From the NCBI GenBank assembly GCA_049967855.1, contig JBMFRX010000003.1, positions 1-64,000 on the forward strand: DNA of 64,000 nucleotides, read 5' to 3'. The DNA comes from Caldisericaceae bacterium (GTDB taxonomy: Bacteria; Caldisericota; Caldisericia; Caldisericales; Caldisericaceae). Each line of letters starts with the position of its first letter. Position 1 is the first letter of the stretch. The notes below the pieces were generated by a model. The model had not been told where the DNA came from. It was given only the letters and a program-made list of their open reading frames with translations, and did no database searches. Positions 21,787 through 30,112 of the stretch are shown here, piece after piece. The position numbers and the translations under genes are program-made.

Positions 21787-22722
21787 CTATCTGACCAATA
21801 ATGAAAGTATTCCTTTCTGAGCATGCAGCCTATTTTCAGCCTGGTCGAAAACTACAGAATTTGGCCCATCAATAACCGAATCAGTAATTTCTTCTCCTCT
21901 GTGCGCTGGCAAACAGTGCATCACTATAACGTCATTTTTGGCAAATGCCAGGATGCGGTCGTTAATCTGGTAAGGCATCATTATCTTTACTCTCTTCTCG
22001 TGCTCTGCTTCCTGTCCCATAGAAGCCCACACGTCGGTATAAATAATATCAGCGTCCTTTACAGCCTCTTCAGGATTATTAGTGACAGAAATAGAACCGT
22101 GCGATTCTTCAGCAAATTTCTTTGCAGCATTTAGCACGTCTTCCTTCGGCTCAAAACCTTGAGGACTTGCTACTGAAACGTGCATTCCAAACTTAGCGCC
22201 ACCAAACAATATTGAGTTTGCAACATTATTGCCATCACCGAGGTATGCAAATTTCAATCCCTCAAGGCGACCTTTCTTCTCCTTCACGGTAAGAAGGTCT
22301 CCCATAATCTGGCAGGGATGCGAATAGTCAGACAGGGCATTAATCACTGGAACACCTGAATAGTCCCTCATATCTTCAAGCGTTTTCTGCGCAAAAACTC
22401 GAGCAACAATACCCTGGACGTATCTTCCCATAACTCTTGCAGTGTCAGGAACAGTTTCACCTCTGTTCAGTTGCATATTTGTAGTTTCAAGAATAAGCGG
22501 AAAAGCACCCAGCTCGTTGATTGCAGCAGCAAAAGAAACTCTTGTTCTTGTAGAGGGTTTTTCAAAAATGACAGCTATAGTGCGCCCTGAAAGAAGAGGT
22601 TCATTCTTGCCAGCCATATGGTCTATTTTTAACTTCTCTGACTGAAAAATGATTTGTTCAAGTTCCTCTCTTGAGAAATCTTTAAGAGAAAGAAACGATT
22701 TGCCTTTCAAATTAACAGCCAT
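21787..22722 (-). CDS. argF: Ornithine carbamoyltransferase
   Basis: FEKPSTRTR, HPCQ, GDGNNVA, YTDVWASMGQE, MHCLP, QAENRLHAQK. Confidence 0.96.
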   Translation of the reverse strand: MAVNLKGKSFLSLKDFSREELEQIIFQSEKLKIDHMAGKNEPLLSGRTIAVIFEKPSTRTRVSFAAAINELGAFPLILETTNMQLNRGETVPDTARVMGRYVQGIVARVFAQKTLEDMRDYSGVPVINALSDYSHPCQIMGDLLTVKEKKGRLEGLKFAYLGDGNNVANSILFGGAKFGMHVSVASPQGFEPKEDVLNAAKKFAEESHGSISVTNNPEEAVKDADIIYTDVWASMGQEAEHEKRVKIMMPYQINDRILAFAKNDVIVMHCLPAHRGEEITDSVIDGPNSVVFDQAENRLHAQKGILSLLVR

Positions 22723-22724
22723 TG

Positions 22725-24044
22725 CTATCCTCCAAATTTATCTGTTATAACCTGAGTCAGTGTTGGATTCCCAATCTCCTGCAGCTCATACCTAACCCTT
22801 ACGGCAGGCTTGTTCAGCTTGACAACTCTTCGAAGGTCAATAGGAGTTCCTATAACTACTACATCAGCTGGAATGCTATTGATGGTTTCTTCAAGTTCTT
22901 TTATCTGAAGGTCGCTATAGCCCATTGCTGGAAGAACATCTTTTGTCTGGTTATATTTCTCATAAGTAGATTTTATCGACCCAACAGCATATGGCAGAGG
23001 TGAGATAATTTCCTTTGCGCCCCATTTCTTTGCGGCAACATAACCTGCTCCATAGTTCATTCCTCCGTGAGTAAGAGTTGGCCCGTCCTCAACAACAATA
23101 ACTTTCTTGCCTCTGATTATCTCGCCACCTTCCACAAAAACAGGTGAAGCTGCATCAACCACAACGGCATTTGGATTTAACTCCTGTGCATGTCTTCTTA
23201 TTTCGTCAATCGCTTCTGGCTCTGCTGAATCTTCTTTGTTAATTACAATTACATCAGCCATTCTGAAATTGGTCTCGCCAGGATGATAAGACACTTCATG
23301 CCCAGCTCTCAATGGGTCAGCTACAACAATCTGTAAATCGGAATGATAGAATGGGAAGTCATTGTTGCCTCCATCCCAGATAATTACATCGGCTTCTTTC
23401 TCGGCTTCTCTGAGAATACGTTCATAATCAACGCCAGCATAAATAATGGCTCCTAAGTCAATGTGAGGTTCGTATTCCTCGCGTTCCTCGATTGTGCATT
23501 TATATTTATCAAGGTCTTCATAAGTTGCGTAGCGCTGCACAGCTTGCTCGGCAAGATTACCGTATGGCATAGGGTGCCTAATTGATACAACCTTCTTGCC
23601 CTGTTCTCTCAGAATCTTCACAACTTTTCTTGTAGTCTGGCTCTTTCCAGAACCAGTTCTAACTGCGCAAACAGAAATAAGAGGTTTAGTAGATTTGACC
23701 ATCGTGCTATCTGGTCCCATAAGCCAGAAATCGGCGCCATTTGCCATTACAAGTGAAGCTTTGTGCATCACGTATTCATGAGGGACATCGCTGTAAGCGA
23801 AAACAACTCTTTGGACTCCAAACTTCTTAATAAGCGCTGGAAGCTCACTTTCGGGGTAAATCGGGATACCGTTAGGGTAGAATTCTCCTGCTAAAACCTG
23901 AGGATAAACTCTGCCTTCAATGTTTGGGATTTGAGTGGCGGTAAACGCAACGACCTCATACTCTGGTCGTGTTCTGAAATAGGTGTTGAAGTTGTGAAAA
24001 TCTCTTCCTGCAGCACCCATAATGATAACTTTTACTTTTTCCAT
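22725..24044 (-). CDS. Putative arginine synthetase (ArcE family; usually annotated as cyclic 2,3-diphosphoglycerate synthase-like P-loop GTPase)
   Basis: MGAAGRDFHNFN, VVAFTATQIP, AVRTGSGKSQT, RHPMPYG, TIEEREEYEPH, WDGGNND, VEDGPTLTHG; 2 nt from the OTC gene. Start at ATG 24044 after SD AAGGAG. Confidence 0.8.
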   Translation of the reverse strand: MEKVKVIIMGAAGRDFHNFNTYFRTRPEYEVVAFTATQIPNIEGRVYPQVLAGEFYPNGIPIYPESELPALIKKFGVQRVVFAYSDVPHEYVMHKASLVMANGADFWLMGPDSTMVKSTKPLISVCAVRTGSGKSQTTRKVVKILREQGKKVVSIRHPMPYGNLAEQAVQRYATYEDLDKYKCTIEEREEYEPHIDLGAIIYAGVDYERILREAEKEADVIIWDGGNNDFPFYHSDLQIVVADPLRAGHEVSYHPGETNFRMADVIVINKEDSAEPEAIDEIRRHAQELNPNAVVVDAASPVFVEGGEIIRGKKVIVVEDGPTLTHGGMNYGAGYVAAKKWGAKEIISPLPYAVGSIKSTYEKYNQTKDVLPAMGYSDLQIKELEETINSIPADVVVIGTPIDLRRVVKLNKPAVRVRYELQEIGNPTLTQVITDKFGG

Positions 24045-24107
24045 TTTTTTCTCCTTTCCGTTAGTCTTATCCAATAACTTTGATTGGACTTATAGTGTTT
24101 CAGAGAT

Positions 24108-24135
24108 AATATAGCACTTTAAAAACTTATGTCAA
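24108..24135 (-). promoter_or_regulatory. sigma70 promoter for the ArcE-like/argF pair
   Basis: Minus strand TTGACA...TGC-TATATT (extended -10) at promoter spacing. Confidence 0.65.
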
Positions 24136-24142
24136 CACATTT

Positions 24143-24556
24143 CTAAACCTTCTCAAAAGCCTTCGCAAATTTTTCTCTAATTGAGTCGTAATCTTGCTTC
24201 GGGTTAACAAAAGCAATCAATAGCGACACGAATGGCCATAAGAATGACAACGCAGCCTCTACAAACATACTCTTGTAAATGTAGAACCCTCCAAAGGCTA
24301 TGAAGATAATCCATTTTACCTTATTCAACTGCCAGACGAAATCTGAGAGTTTGTAGTTAGTATATCTGTCTCTTATGAAAGCCCACACGACTTCCAAAAG
24401 AATAAGCCCAACCAGGATATAGTACCACTTTATAACAAGGAACAAGGGCGGCACTATTATTTGAGTTGAGACCACTGGAAAATGCACCCACTCGCTGGCT
24501 CTTCCATTTATGTAAGCTTCATTTTCAGACTTTTTGTGTTTCGATGGGTCCCACAT
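24143..24556 (-). CDS. Hypothetical membrane protein
   Basis: 137 aa, several hydrophobic segments, SD AAGGAG; 11 nt downstream of the protease gene. Confidence 0.7.
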   Translation of the reverse strand: MWDPSKHKKSENEAYINGRASEWVHFPVVSTQIIVPPLFLVIKWYYILVGLILLEVVWAFIRDRYTNYKLSDFVWQLNKVKWIIFIAFGGFYIYKSMFVEAALSFLWPFVSLLIAFVNPKQDYDSIREKFAKAFEKV

Positions 24557-24567
24557 TTTATTCTCCT

Positions 24568-26067
24568 TTAAAATTTTATGTTGTAAGCAAGCAAGAAAGA
24601 CAAGATTTGAAGAATGTATTTACTAACTACTTCTGGCGGCGTTCTGTCGATTTCAATTTCAATGGTTTCAGTGAGCTCTTTGACGGCTTCAACTATTCTT
24701 CCTGCAACTATCTCGGTTACTGGTTTAGAGAAAGCCTTCTCCTTCAAAATTCGATTATATACAACAGAATAAATAGCATTCTCATCTTTGAAGTTTCTGA
24801 TGAAAACATCTTCAAGCAGTTCTATGGCAATCTGCGCAATATCATTTTTCTCCGCTTCAGGCATTGGTGGCATAGATGCTATGCTCTGGCTCAGAGACTG
24901 GCGAATCAACAGGGAAATTTTCTGGGAATCAGTTACATTCTTTAGAGCCTCTCTCAATGGGAAAACAAGCGAATAAGCTTTGTAAACAATGAAAGTAATA
25001 TAACCGAGGTAAGAGTCAACATTAAGCAATCGCTTGAGCTGCTCCATTGATATAAGCCTGATAGCCTTGTTGGCACTGCCCTGGGAAAGTATGGTAAGCA
25101 TTTCCTTGGTGATAACATATATCATATTGAAGATATCGTAATTCTCGCCGTAGCCAACATAAAGATTGAGAAGCTTGGCGTCATCGCGGGCAATTACCTG
25201 GCCGTGATTTTGGAAATTCCACACAAGCATATGCGCAGTTTGAGCAGCAAGCATTGCACGTTCTCTCTCAGGTTTATCTTTCAGCATATATCTGTAAAGG
25301 AAATTGTAAGAGTAGGTTTCACCAGTGGCGAGCGCCCTGTAACACATATTTACTATCGTTGGATTTATCTGCGAGACAATTGGGTTAAGATATCCAATGG
25401 CAGTGTTCAGTGCAATGTCAACTGCGTCTTCTCTTTTAACAGCCACATTCATTGCAATTGTGTCGGCCATTTGCAATGCCATCGGGAAAAAATCGGTTAT
25501 GAACTTGCTGTAGAGCTGCATAAAAGGATAATATCCCTCAAGTGCCGAGATATGAAGATTTTGAATCAGAGGATGCTCCATCTGCATATCAATAGGGCCA
25601 ATTTCAGATTGAGGACCCATTACTATTTCATCTGCCGCCAATGTCATTAAAGTTGCAGCGCTTTTGGCATAGAGAGGTACAACCGCTTTTAGCTTCTTGC
25701 ATTTTGCCCTGATGATATTCATTATTTGATAGGCAGGATGTGGAAAGCCTCCGTTAGACAGGACAACCATATCAATTCTTGTGTTCTCAGGAGGAGTAGG
25801 TATTTTGTCAAGTTGCTCGATGACATCAAAAATGTCATTTTTGGAAATAGGAGTAGCCTCATTGTAAATCATAAAAAGCAGATAGCGTTCTTCCTTGCTT
25901 TCCTTTGAGGAGTCTGCAGGAATCGGAGTTTTGATTATATCTCCTTTTTGCGCCTCTTCTTCATCTTTGCTTGCGCCAGAAGATTCCTCCTGAGGGATAC
26001 CCTCGTCGGATTGCTGGTCAGACTTTGGAGAATTGTCTTCTAATGGCTTTTTTTCCTCTTCGTCCAT
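24568..26067 (-). CDS. SDH-family Clp-fold serine protease with acidic N-terminus and extra C-terminal domain
   Basis: SNGG...AYQI, VVPLYAKSAATLM.LAADEIVMG..SEIGPID.Q, NHG.VI; SD AAGGAGG. Confidence 0.8.
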   Translation of the reverse strand: MDEEEKKPLEDNSPKSDQQSDEGIPQEESSGASKDEEEAQKGDIIKTPIPADSSKESKEERYLLFMIYNEATPISKNDIFDVIEQLDKIPTPPENTRIDMVVLSNGGFPHPAYQIMNIIRAKCKKLKAVVPLYAKSAATLMTLAADEIVMGPQSEIGPIDMQMEHPLIQNLHISALEGYYPFMQLYSKFITDFFPMALQMADTIAMNVAVKREDAVDIALNTAIGYLNPIVSQINPTIVNMCYRALATGETYSYNFLYRYMLKDKPERERAMLAAQTAHMLVWNFQNHGQVIARDDAKLLNLYVGYGENYDIFNMIYVITKEMLTILSQGSANKAIRLISMEQLKRLLNVDSYLGYITFIVYKAYSLVFPLREALKNVTDSQKISLLIRQSLSQSIASMPPMPEAEKNDIAQIAIELLEDVFIRNFKDENAIYSVVYNRILKEKAFSKPVTEIVAGRIVEAVKELTETIEIEIDRTPPEVVSKYILQILSFLLAYNIKF

Positions 26068-26169
26068 TTTTTGCCTCCTTATCAGTTTTCACAACTAGAT
26101 TTTATCATTTTTCAGCCAATTTGTAAAGACTTCGAACTGAACCACCAAAAGTCTTTAATATTCTCACCC

Positions 26170-26490
26170 CCGCTCAAAAAACGTGAGTTAAAAAATAATA
26201 AATCTAAGGTGCTCTTCAGTAGATTCTTCAAAAATGGAAATGGATGTAAATTAATTTGGTTAAAGCTTATTCAGATGCAAATATATCTACTGCGTGTTGT
26301 GAGGAGCTGACAAAATGTTTTTGCTTGCATTTTATAAACGTGATTTGGAAATAACATTCTATGATGCAAATGAATTCAGGGGAAAGGCATGGAAAAAGAC
26401 AACCCATAATTTAGATTTTATAATCGAAAAGACGTTACTACATAGGGATGCAATGTAAAGAACACCTTCGGCTACATACGTCACGATTTA
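26170..26490 (+). pseudogene. Degraded PD-(D/E)xK nuclease-like gene
   Basis: Fragments in shifting frames: NLVKAYSDANISTAC / FYKRDLEITFYDANEFRGKAWKKTTHNLDFIIEK / DVTT*GCNVKNTFGYI (LDFI.E.D...G.xVKN core). Boundaries approximate. Confidence 0.55.
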
Positions 26491-26728
26491 TCAATAGTAA
26501 AATTAGAGTCTCGCCTTGATTTTACCATTTATTCCATAGACCGAAAATGCATCACCTTAAAGTTCCATAAACTTAAGCAGAACTTCCTGAAATTTCAACC
26601 GCAGAGATTTTATTAGAAGAAATCATTATACTCTCTGAGAAAACCTGCACGTCTGCTAGCACCCGTAGAAAAGTTTCTCATAGAGGGAAACAACATACAA
26701 ATCAAAATCAAATAAATAGCTTTCATTT

Positions 26729-27571
26729 TTAACGAGCAGTTTCTGTACCTTCCGAAAAAGAAGAATCCATCACCTTTAAAAAAGAACTAATCCACTCTTT
26801 TGTTCTTGAGAGCATATCTCTGGTAGCCTGTTCATCCATCAGCATTTGAATATCTTCATCAATGTACCTGCTCATTTCCTCTTGGAAATATTTTACAGAA
26901 TTGTCGCTGTCCAAGTTCTCGACTCTAAACTTGATTACTTTTAAAAAACTATCGTAACTAATCTTATAAGATAAAATTTTATTTTTTACAAGATCAGTAT
27001 CTATAGGTATTTGCATTTCCATAAGCCAAAAGATATCCCACACATCTCTTGCCTTAAATGGCGTTTTTTCTCGCAAAGGTCTATTTCCCATTGCAATAAT
27101 TTTATCAGCAAGAATTTCTCTTTTTTCTTCCACGTTAATAAGTACTGAAAGACTGTCGTATTTGCTCTTCGTGGAACTCACTACCCGTGTAAAAGCAGGA
27201 ATACCTTCTGCAATTTCAAGTTCCACATCTATTTTTTTTACATCTTTTTTATCTGGATACACAGAAACATCAAAGGTATGCATTATACTGTCTTCTCTAT
27301 GACGATATTTAACCTCTACTCTATTAGAAAATAGCTTTGCAATGCCTTTTTTAAGAGTATTGACAATTTCATCGGGATTAAACATTATCTTTTTTGACAC
27401 AAAATCCAGGTCATCAGAAAACCTATGCCCTCCGTAGCAAAACCTTAGCGCATTGCCGCCTTGAAAGGTGACGTAAGGAGCAAAAGAAGGAATCTTTGAT
27501 ACAATACTCAAAATTACAATTGCAAGCAGTTCTTTTTCCTCTTTTCTCCTATCAAAATTAACGCTTCTCAT
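26729..27571 (-). CDS. abiEii: AbiEii/AbiGii family nucleotidyltransferase toxin (type IV TA)
   Basis: FQGGNALRFCYG.HRFSDDLDF, EILADKI.A...R, KARDVWDI. Confidence 0.92.
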   Translation of the reverse strand: MRSVNFDRRKEEKELLAIVILSIVSKIPSFAPYVTFQGGNALRFCYGGHRFSDDLDFVSKKIMFNPDEIVNTLKKGIAKLFSNRVEVKYRHREDSIMHTFDVSVYPDKKDVKKIDVELEIAEGIPAFTRVVSSTKSKYDSLSVLINVEEKREILADKIIAMGNRPLREKTPFKARDVWDIFWLMEMQIPIDTDLVKNKILSYKISYDSFLKVIKFRVENLDSDNSVKYFQEEMSRYIDEDIQMLMDEQATRDMLSRTKEWISSFLKVMDSSFSEGTETAR

Positions 27572-28100
27572 ATAAACCCTCCTTCTCTTCTATAAGGTCA
27601 AGAAGATACTCCAATTTGTGGATTTTTGCATCGTAAAGCACCCTCTCTTTATCAGCCACATAAATACCTCTTTCTTTATCAAAATGGATGCCCTTCATAC
27701 TTTTCTTCTGTTTGACAAAAGAAACATTCATACCCAAAGTAGTAACATAAAATTTGCTCAATCCATTTGTTGTAACAAAAGTCATTACATTGGGGGTTTG
27801 CGAAATCAAGCCAAGCTCAAATGCCCTGTAATCAAGAGATAAATAGAAGAACTCCAATTGCCTTACTTTCTTTACAAATTCAATAAGAATTCTTTCTTTG
27901 CTCTCGTCCAAAAAAGGATTAATGTAGAAATTATAAGTAAGTTTCTTGACAACTCCGCTATTAACAAAACGAGACATCTCAGATATAATACTGTTTCTGT
28001 CTTCCTCAGCAAAACGTATGTGAATGTCGTTAAGCGAAAGAACGTAAATGTTCTCCTTTTGCAAGTACTTCATATAATCAAGAAGCTCTTTTAGAGTCAT
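27558..28100 (-). CDS. abiEi: AbiEi family antitoxin / transcriptional regulator
   Basis: N-terminal wHTH-like region, YLSL.....GLISQ.P...TFVTT, VA..ER.LYD; overlaps the toxin start. Confidence 0.82.
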   Translation of the reverse strand: MTLKELLDYMKYLQKENIYVLSLNDIHIRFAEEDRNSIISEMSRFVNSGVVKKLTYNFYINPFLDESKERILIEFVKKVRQLEFFYLSLDYRAFELGLISQTPNVMTFVTTNGLSKFYVTTLGMNVSFVKQKKSMKGIHFDKERGIYVADKERVLYDAKIHKLEYLLDLIEEKEGLYEKR

Positions 28101-28123
28101 TTTCTACTTTTGCCTCCTGTTTT

Positions 28124-28160
28124 ATTATATCACTTCTTATCATTTTTGTTAAGAAGTAAT
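28124..28160 (-). promoter_or_regulatory. abiE promoter with overlapping inverted-repeat operator
   Basis: Minus strand TTAACA-17 nt-TATAAT with TG extension; inverted repeat ATCACTTCTTATCA-TTTT-TGTTAAGAAGTAAT (12/14 paired) at 28129-28160. Confidence 0.75.
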
Positions 28161-28728
28161 CAATCAACTTTTTTACTTTCTATATCATTTCAGCAATTAT
28201 CCGTTATAATCTTCTCGTATCTCAATTAATATCTTTTTCTCATCGTCTTTTTTCAACAGATTTGTTTTCTCCCTTTTAGCAGAACAATCACCTGTCGAAT
28301 TTTGACAGCTAGATTTCTCAACTTGCCAGTAGAATACATTCCAAAATGTACAAAAGCCGCTTAAATTTCAACAAACAATTCCTCAAATATACAGAATATC
28401 TAAGGAAAAGTCGCATATCTACAAGCGCCAAAAAAACCTAATTGCAAGGTCCAAAAAATAAAACATTGACAAAGCTAATATTCTTTAGCAATTGCTTTCA
28501 AAAACAAATTCGCTCGGAACAATTTCGTATAGAGTCGTTTAAAAAAAGATTATAGATTACGGAAGGATAAATTTAAATGAGGCAACCAGATAATATTTCG
28601 TAGAAGTACAAAAACGGCAATTAGAAGAGATTAGAGAATTACGTGAGGCAACACGGACTCATAAAAAAGCACAAAAAATTTAAACACTTTGTGAAGAAAT
28701 GTAGTATAATATGAAAAGGAGGCGCACA

Positions 28729-29517
28729 ATGAAAATAAGGGAGCCTGCAGTAGAAGGAACATTCTACCCTTCTGACAGAGAAGAGCTGAGATTAATGTTA
28801 AGGCATTATATTGAGAATGCAAGCCTTGTTGAAATGCAGAACCTGAAAGGCCTTGTTGCTCCTCATGCGGGTTATGTCTATTCTGGCGCTATCGCGGGGG
28901 CAAGTTACAGGCAACTTATCAACCTTGACCTTGCAAAGTTGTACAAAGTAATTATACTCGGGCCATCTCATTACGAGTACTTCAACGGAGCTTCAGTTGG
29001 TATCTTCGATGCCTACAAAACACCTCTTGGGCTTGCAAATGTATCCAAAATTGCATCTTTGCTAATCAAAGAGGATAATTTTCACTTCCTCCTGGATGCA
29101 CATATTGAAGAGCATTCCATTGAAGTGCAGATACCATTCTTACAGTATGTTCTTCCGCATTTTGAGATTGTGCCGATTTTATTGGGCGAAGTCTCATATA
29201 CTCAAGTTGCAGACGTCCTCAAGAAGTATATTGACGAGACGACCATTGTCATTGCAAGCTCTGATTTGAGCCACTACTATCCCTATGAGAAGGCAACGAA
29301 AATCGACAAACACTGCACGAGTGGTATCGAAAAACTGAGCTTTGCGGAGTTCAACAAGTGTGAAGCATGCGGCAAAACTGGCATACAGACACTTCTCAAG
29401 TTGTCTCTCGATTTAGGTTGGAAAAGCAAGGTCATAATGTATGCTAATAGTGGAGACACTGCTGGTCCAAAGGACAGAGTCGTTGGATACGGCTCCTATG
29501 CATTTTACAAAGAATAG
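28729..29517 (+). CDS. amrB: AmmeMemoRadiSam system protein B (MEMO1 family)
   Basis: IREPAVEGTFYP, PHAGYVYSG, LGPSH, EHSIEVQIPFLQ, SSDLSHY, EACG, NSGD...VVGY. Start at ATG 28729 after SD AGGAGG. Confidence 0.95.
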   Translation: MKIREPAVEGTFYPSDREELRLMLRHYIENASLVEMQNLKGLVAPHAGYVYSGAIAGASYRQLINLDLAKLYKVIILGPSHYEYFNGASVGIFDAYKTPLGLANVSKIASLLIKEDNFHFLLDAHIEEHSIEVQIPFLQYVLPHFEIVPILLGEVSYTQVADVLKKYIDETTIVIASSDLSHYYPYEKATKIDKHCTSGIEKLSFAEFNKCEACGKTGIQTLLKLSLDLGWKSKVIMYANSGDTAGPKDRVVGYGSYAFYKE

Positions 29518-30096
29518 ATGGAAGCCAAACAAAAAGAGTTTTTGCTATCAGTTGCAAGGAGTGCTATAAAAGATTTCCTTACTTCAAGGAAAGTGCATCA
29601 CTTCAAAAGCGATGAACTCGAAGACAAAACACTGTTTGAAAGGCGAGCATGTTTTGTAACGCTTACAATTCACGGAGAGCTCAGAGGATGCATCGGCAGC
29701 CTGTTGCCAAGACAACCGCTAATTAACGACGTAGTTGACAATGCCATAAATGCCGCTTTCAGAGACCCACGTTTTTATCCGCTGACTCTTGCAGAACTGA
29801 ACCAGGCAAATATAGAAATATCTGTCTTGAGTATTCCTGAGAAATTGGATTATCAAAACAAGAAAGACCTGTTACAAAAGATTCGGCCAAACATTGACGG
29901 AGTGATTATCAGAAAAGGATTCTATGAAGCGACATTCCTTCCCCAGGTCTGGTCAGAACTTAGAGATAAGGAAAGCTTCTTTGAGAATTTGTGCTTAAAG
30001 GCAGGCTTGGACAGAAATTGTATCGACTCCTGCGACGTTACAGTGGAAACATATCAGGTAGAGGCATTCTCCGAAAACGAAACCGCTCAACCTTAG
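29518..30096 (+). CDS. amrA: AmmeMemoRadiSam system protein A (AMMECR1 family)
   Basis: ACFVTL...GELRGCIG, AAFRDPRF, IEISVLS, ATFLPQVW, LCLKAG. Confidence 0.95.
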   Translation: MEAKQKEFLLSVARSAIKDFLTSRKVHHFKSDELEDKTLFERRACFVTLTIHGELRGCIGSLLPRQPLINDVVDNAINAAFRDPRFYPLTLAELNQANIEISVLSIPEKLDYQNKKDLLQKIRPNIDGVIIRKGFYEATFLPQVWSELRDKESFFENLCLKAGLDRNCIDSCDVTVETYQVEAFSENETAQP

Positions 30097-30112
30097 AGAA
30101 CGCCCCTAAAAG

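Noticed and set aside
26071..26310. 79 aa + strand ORF as a real gene
   Set aside because: TTG start overlapping the protease RBS, no SD; it partly runs through the nuclease pseudogene.
28578..28652. CRISPR-like 66 nt periodicity of TGAGGCAAC
   Set aside because: Only two 9 nt copies; better explained as a coding repeat or chance.
24143..28700. Prophage, IS or integrative element explaining the accessory patch
   Set aside because: No integrase, transposase, terminal inverted repeats or flanking direct repeats were recognised.
29512..29523. Amber readthrough or pyrrolysine fusing amrB and amrA
   Set aside because: The same in-frame stop-ATG junction occurs between unrelated genes (uppS/dxr, pfkA/HK, and TAA-ATG at nfnB/amrS), so it looks like a general packing habit; no pyl genes seen.
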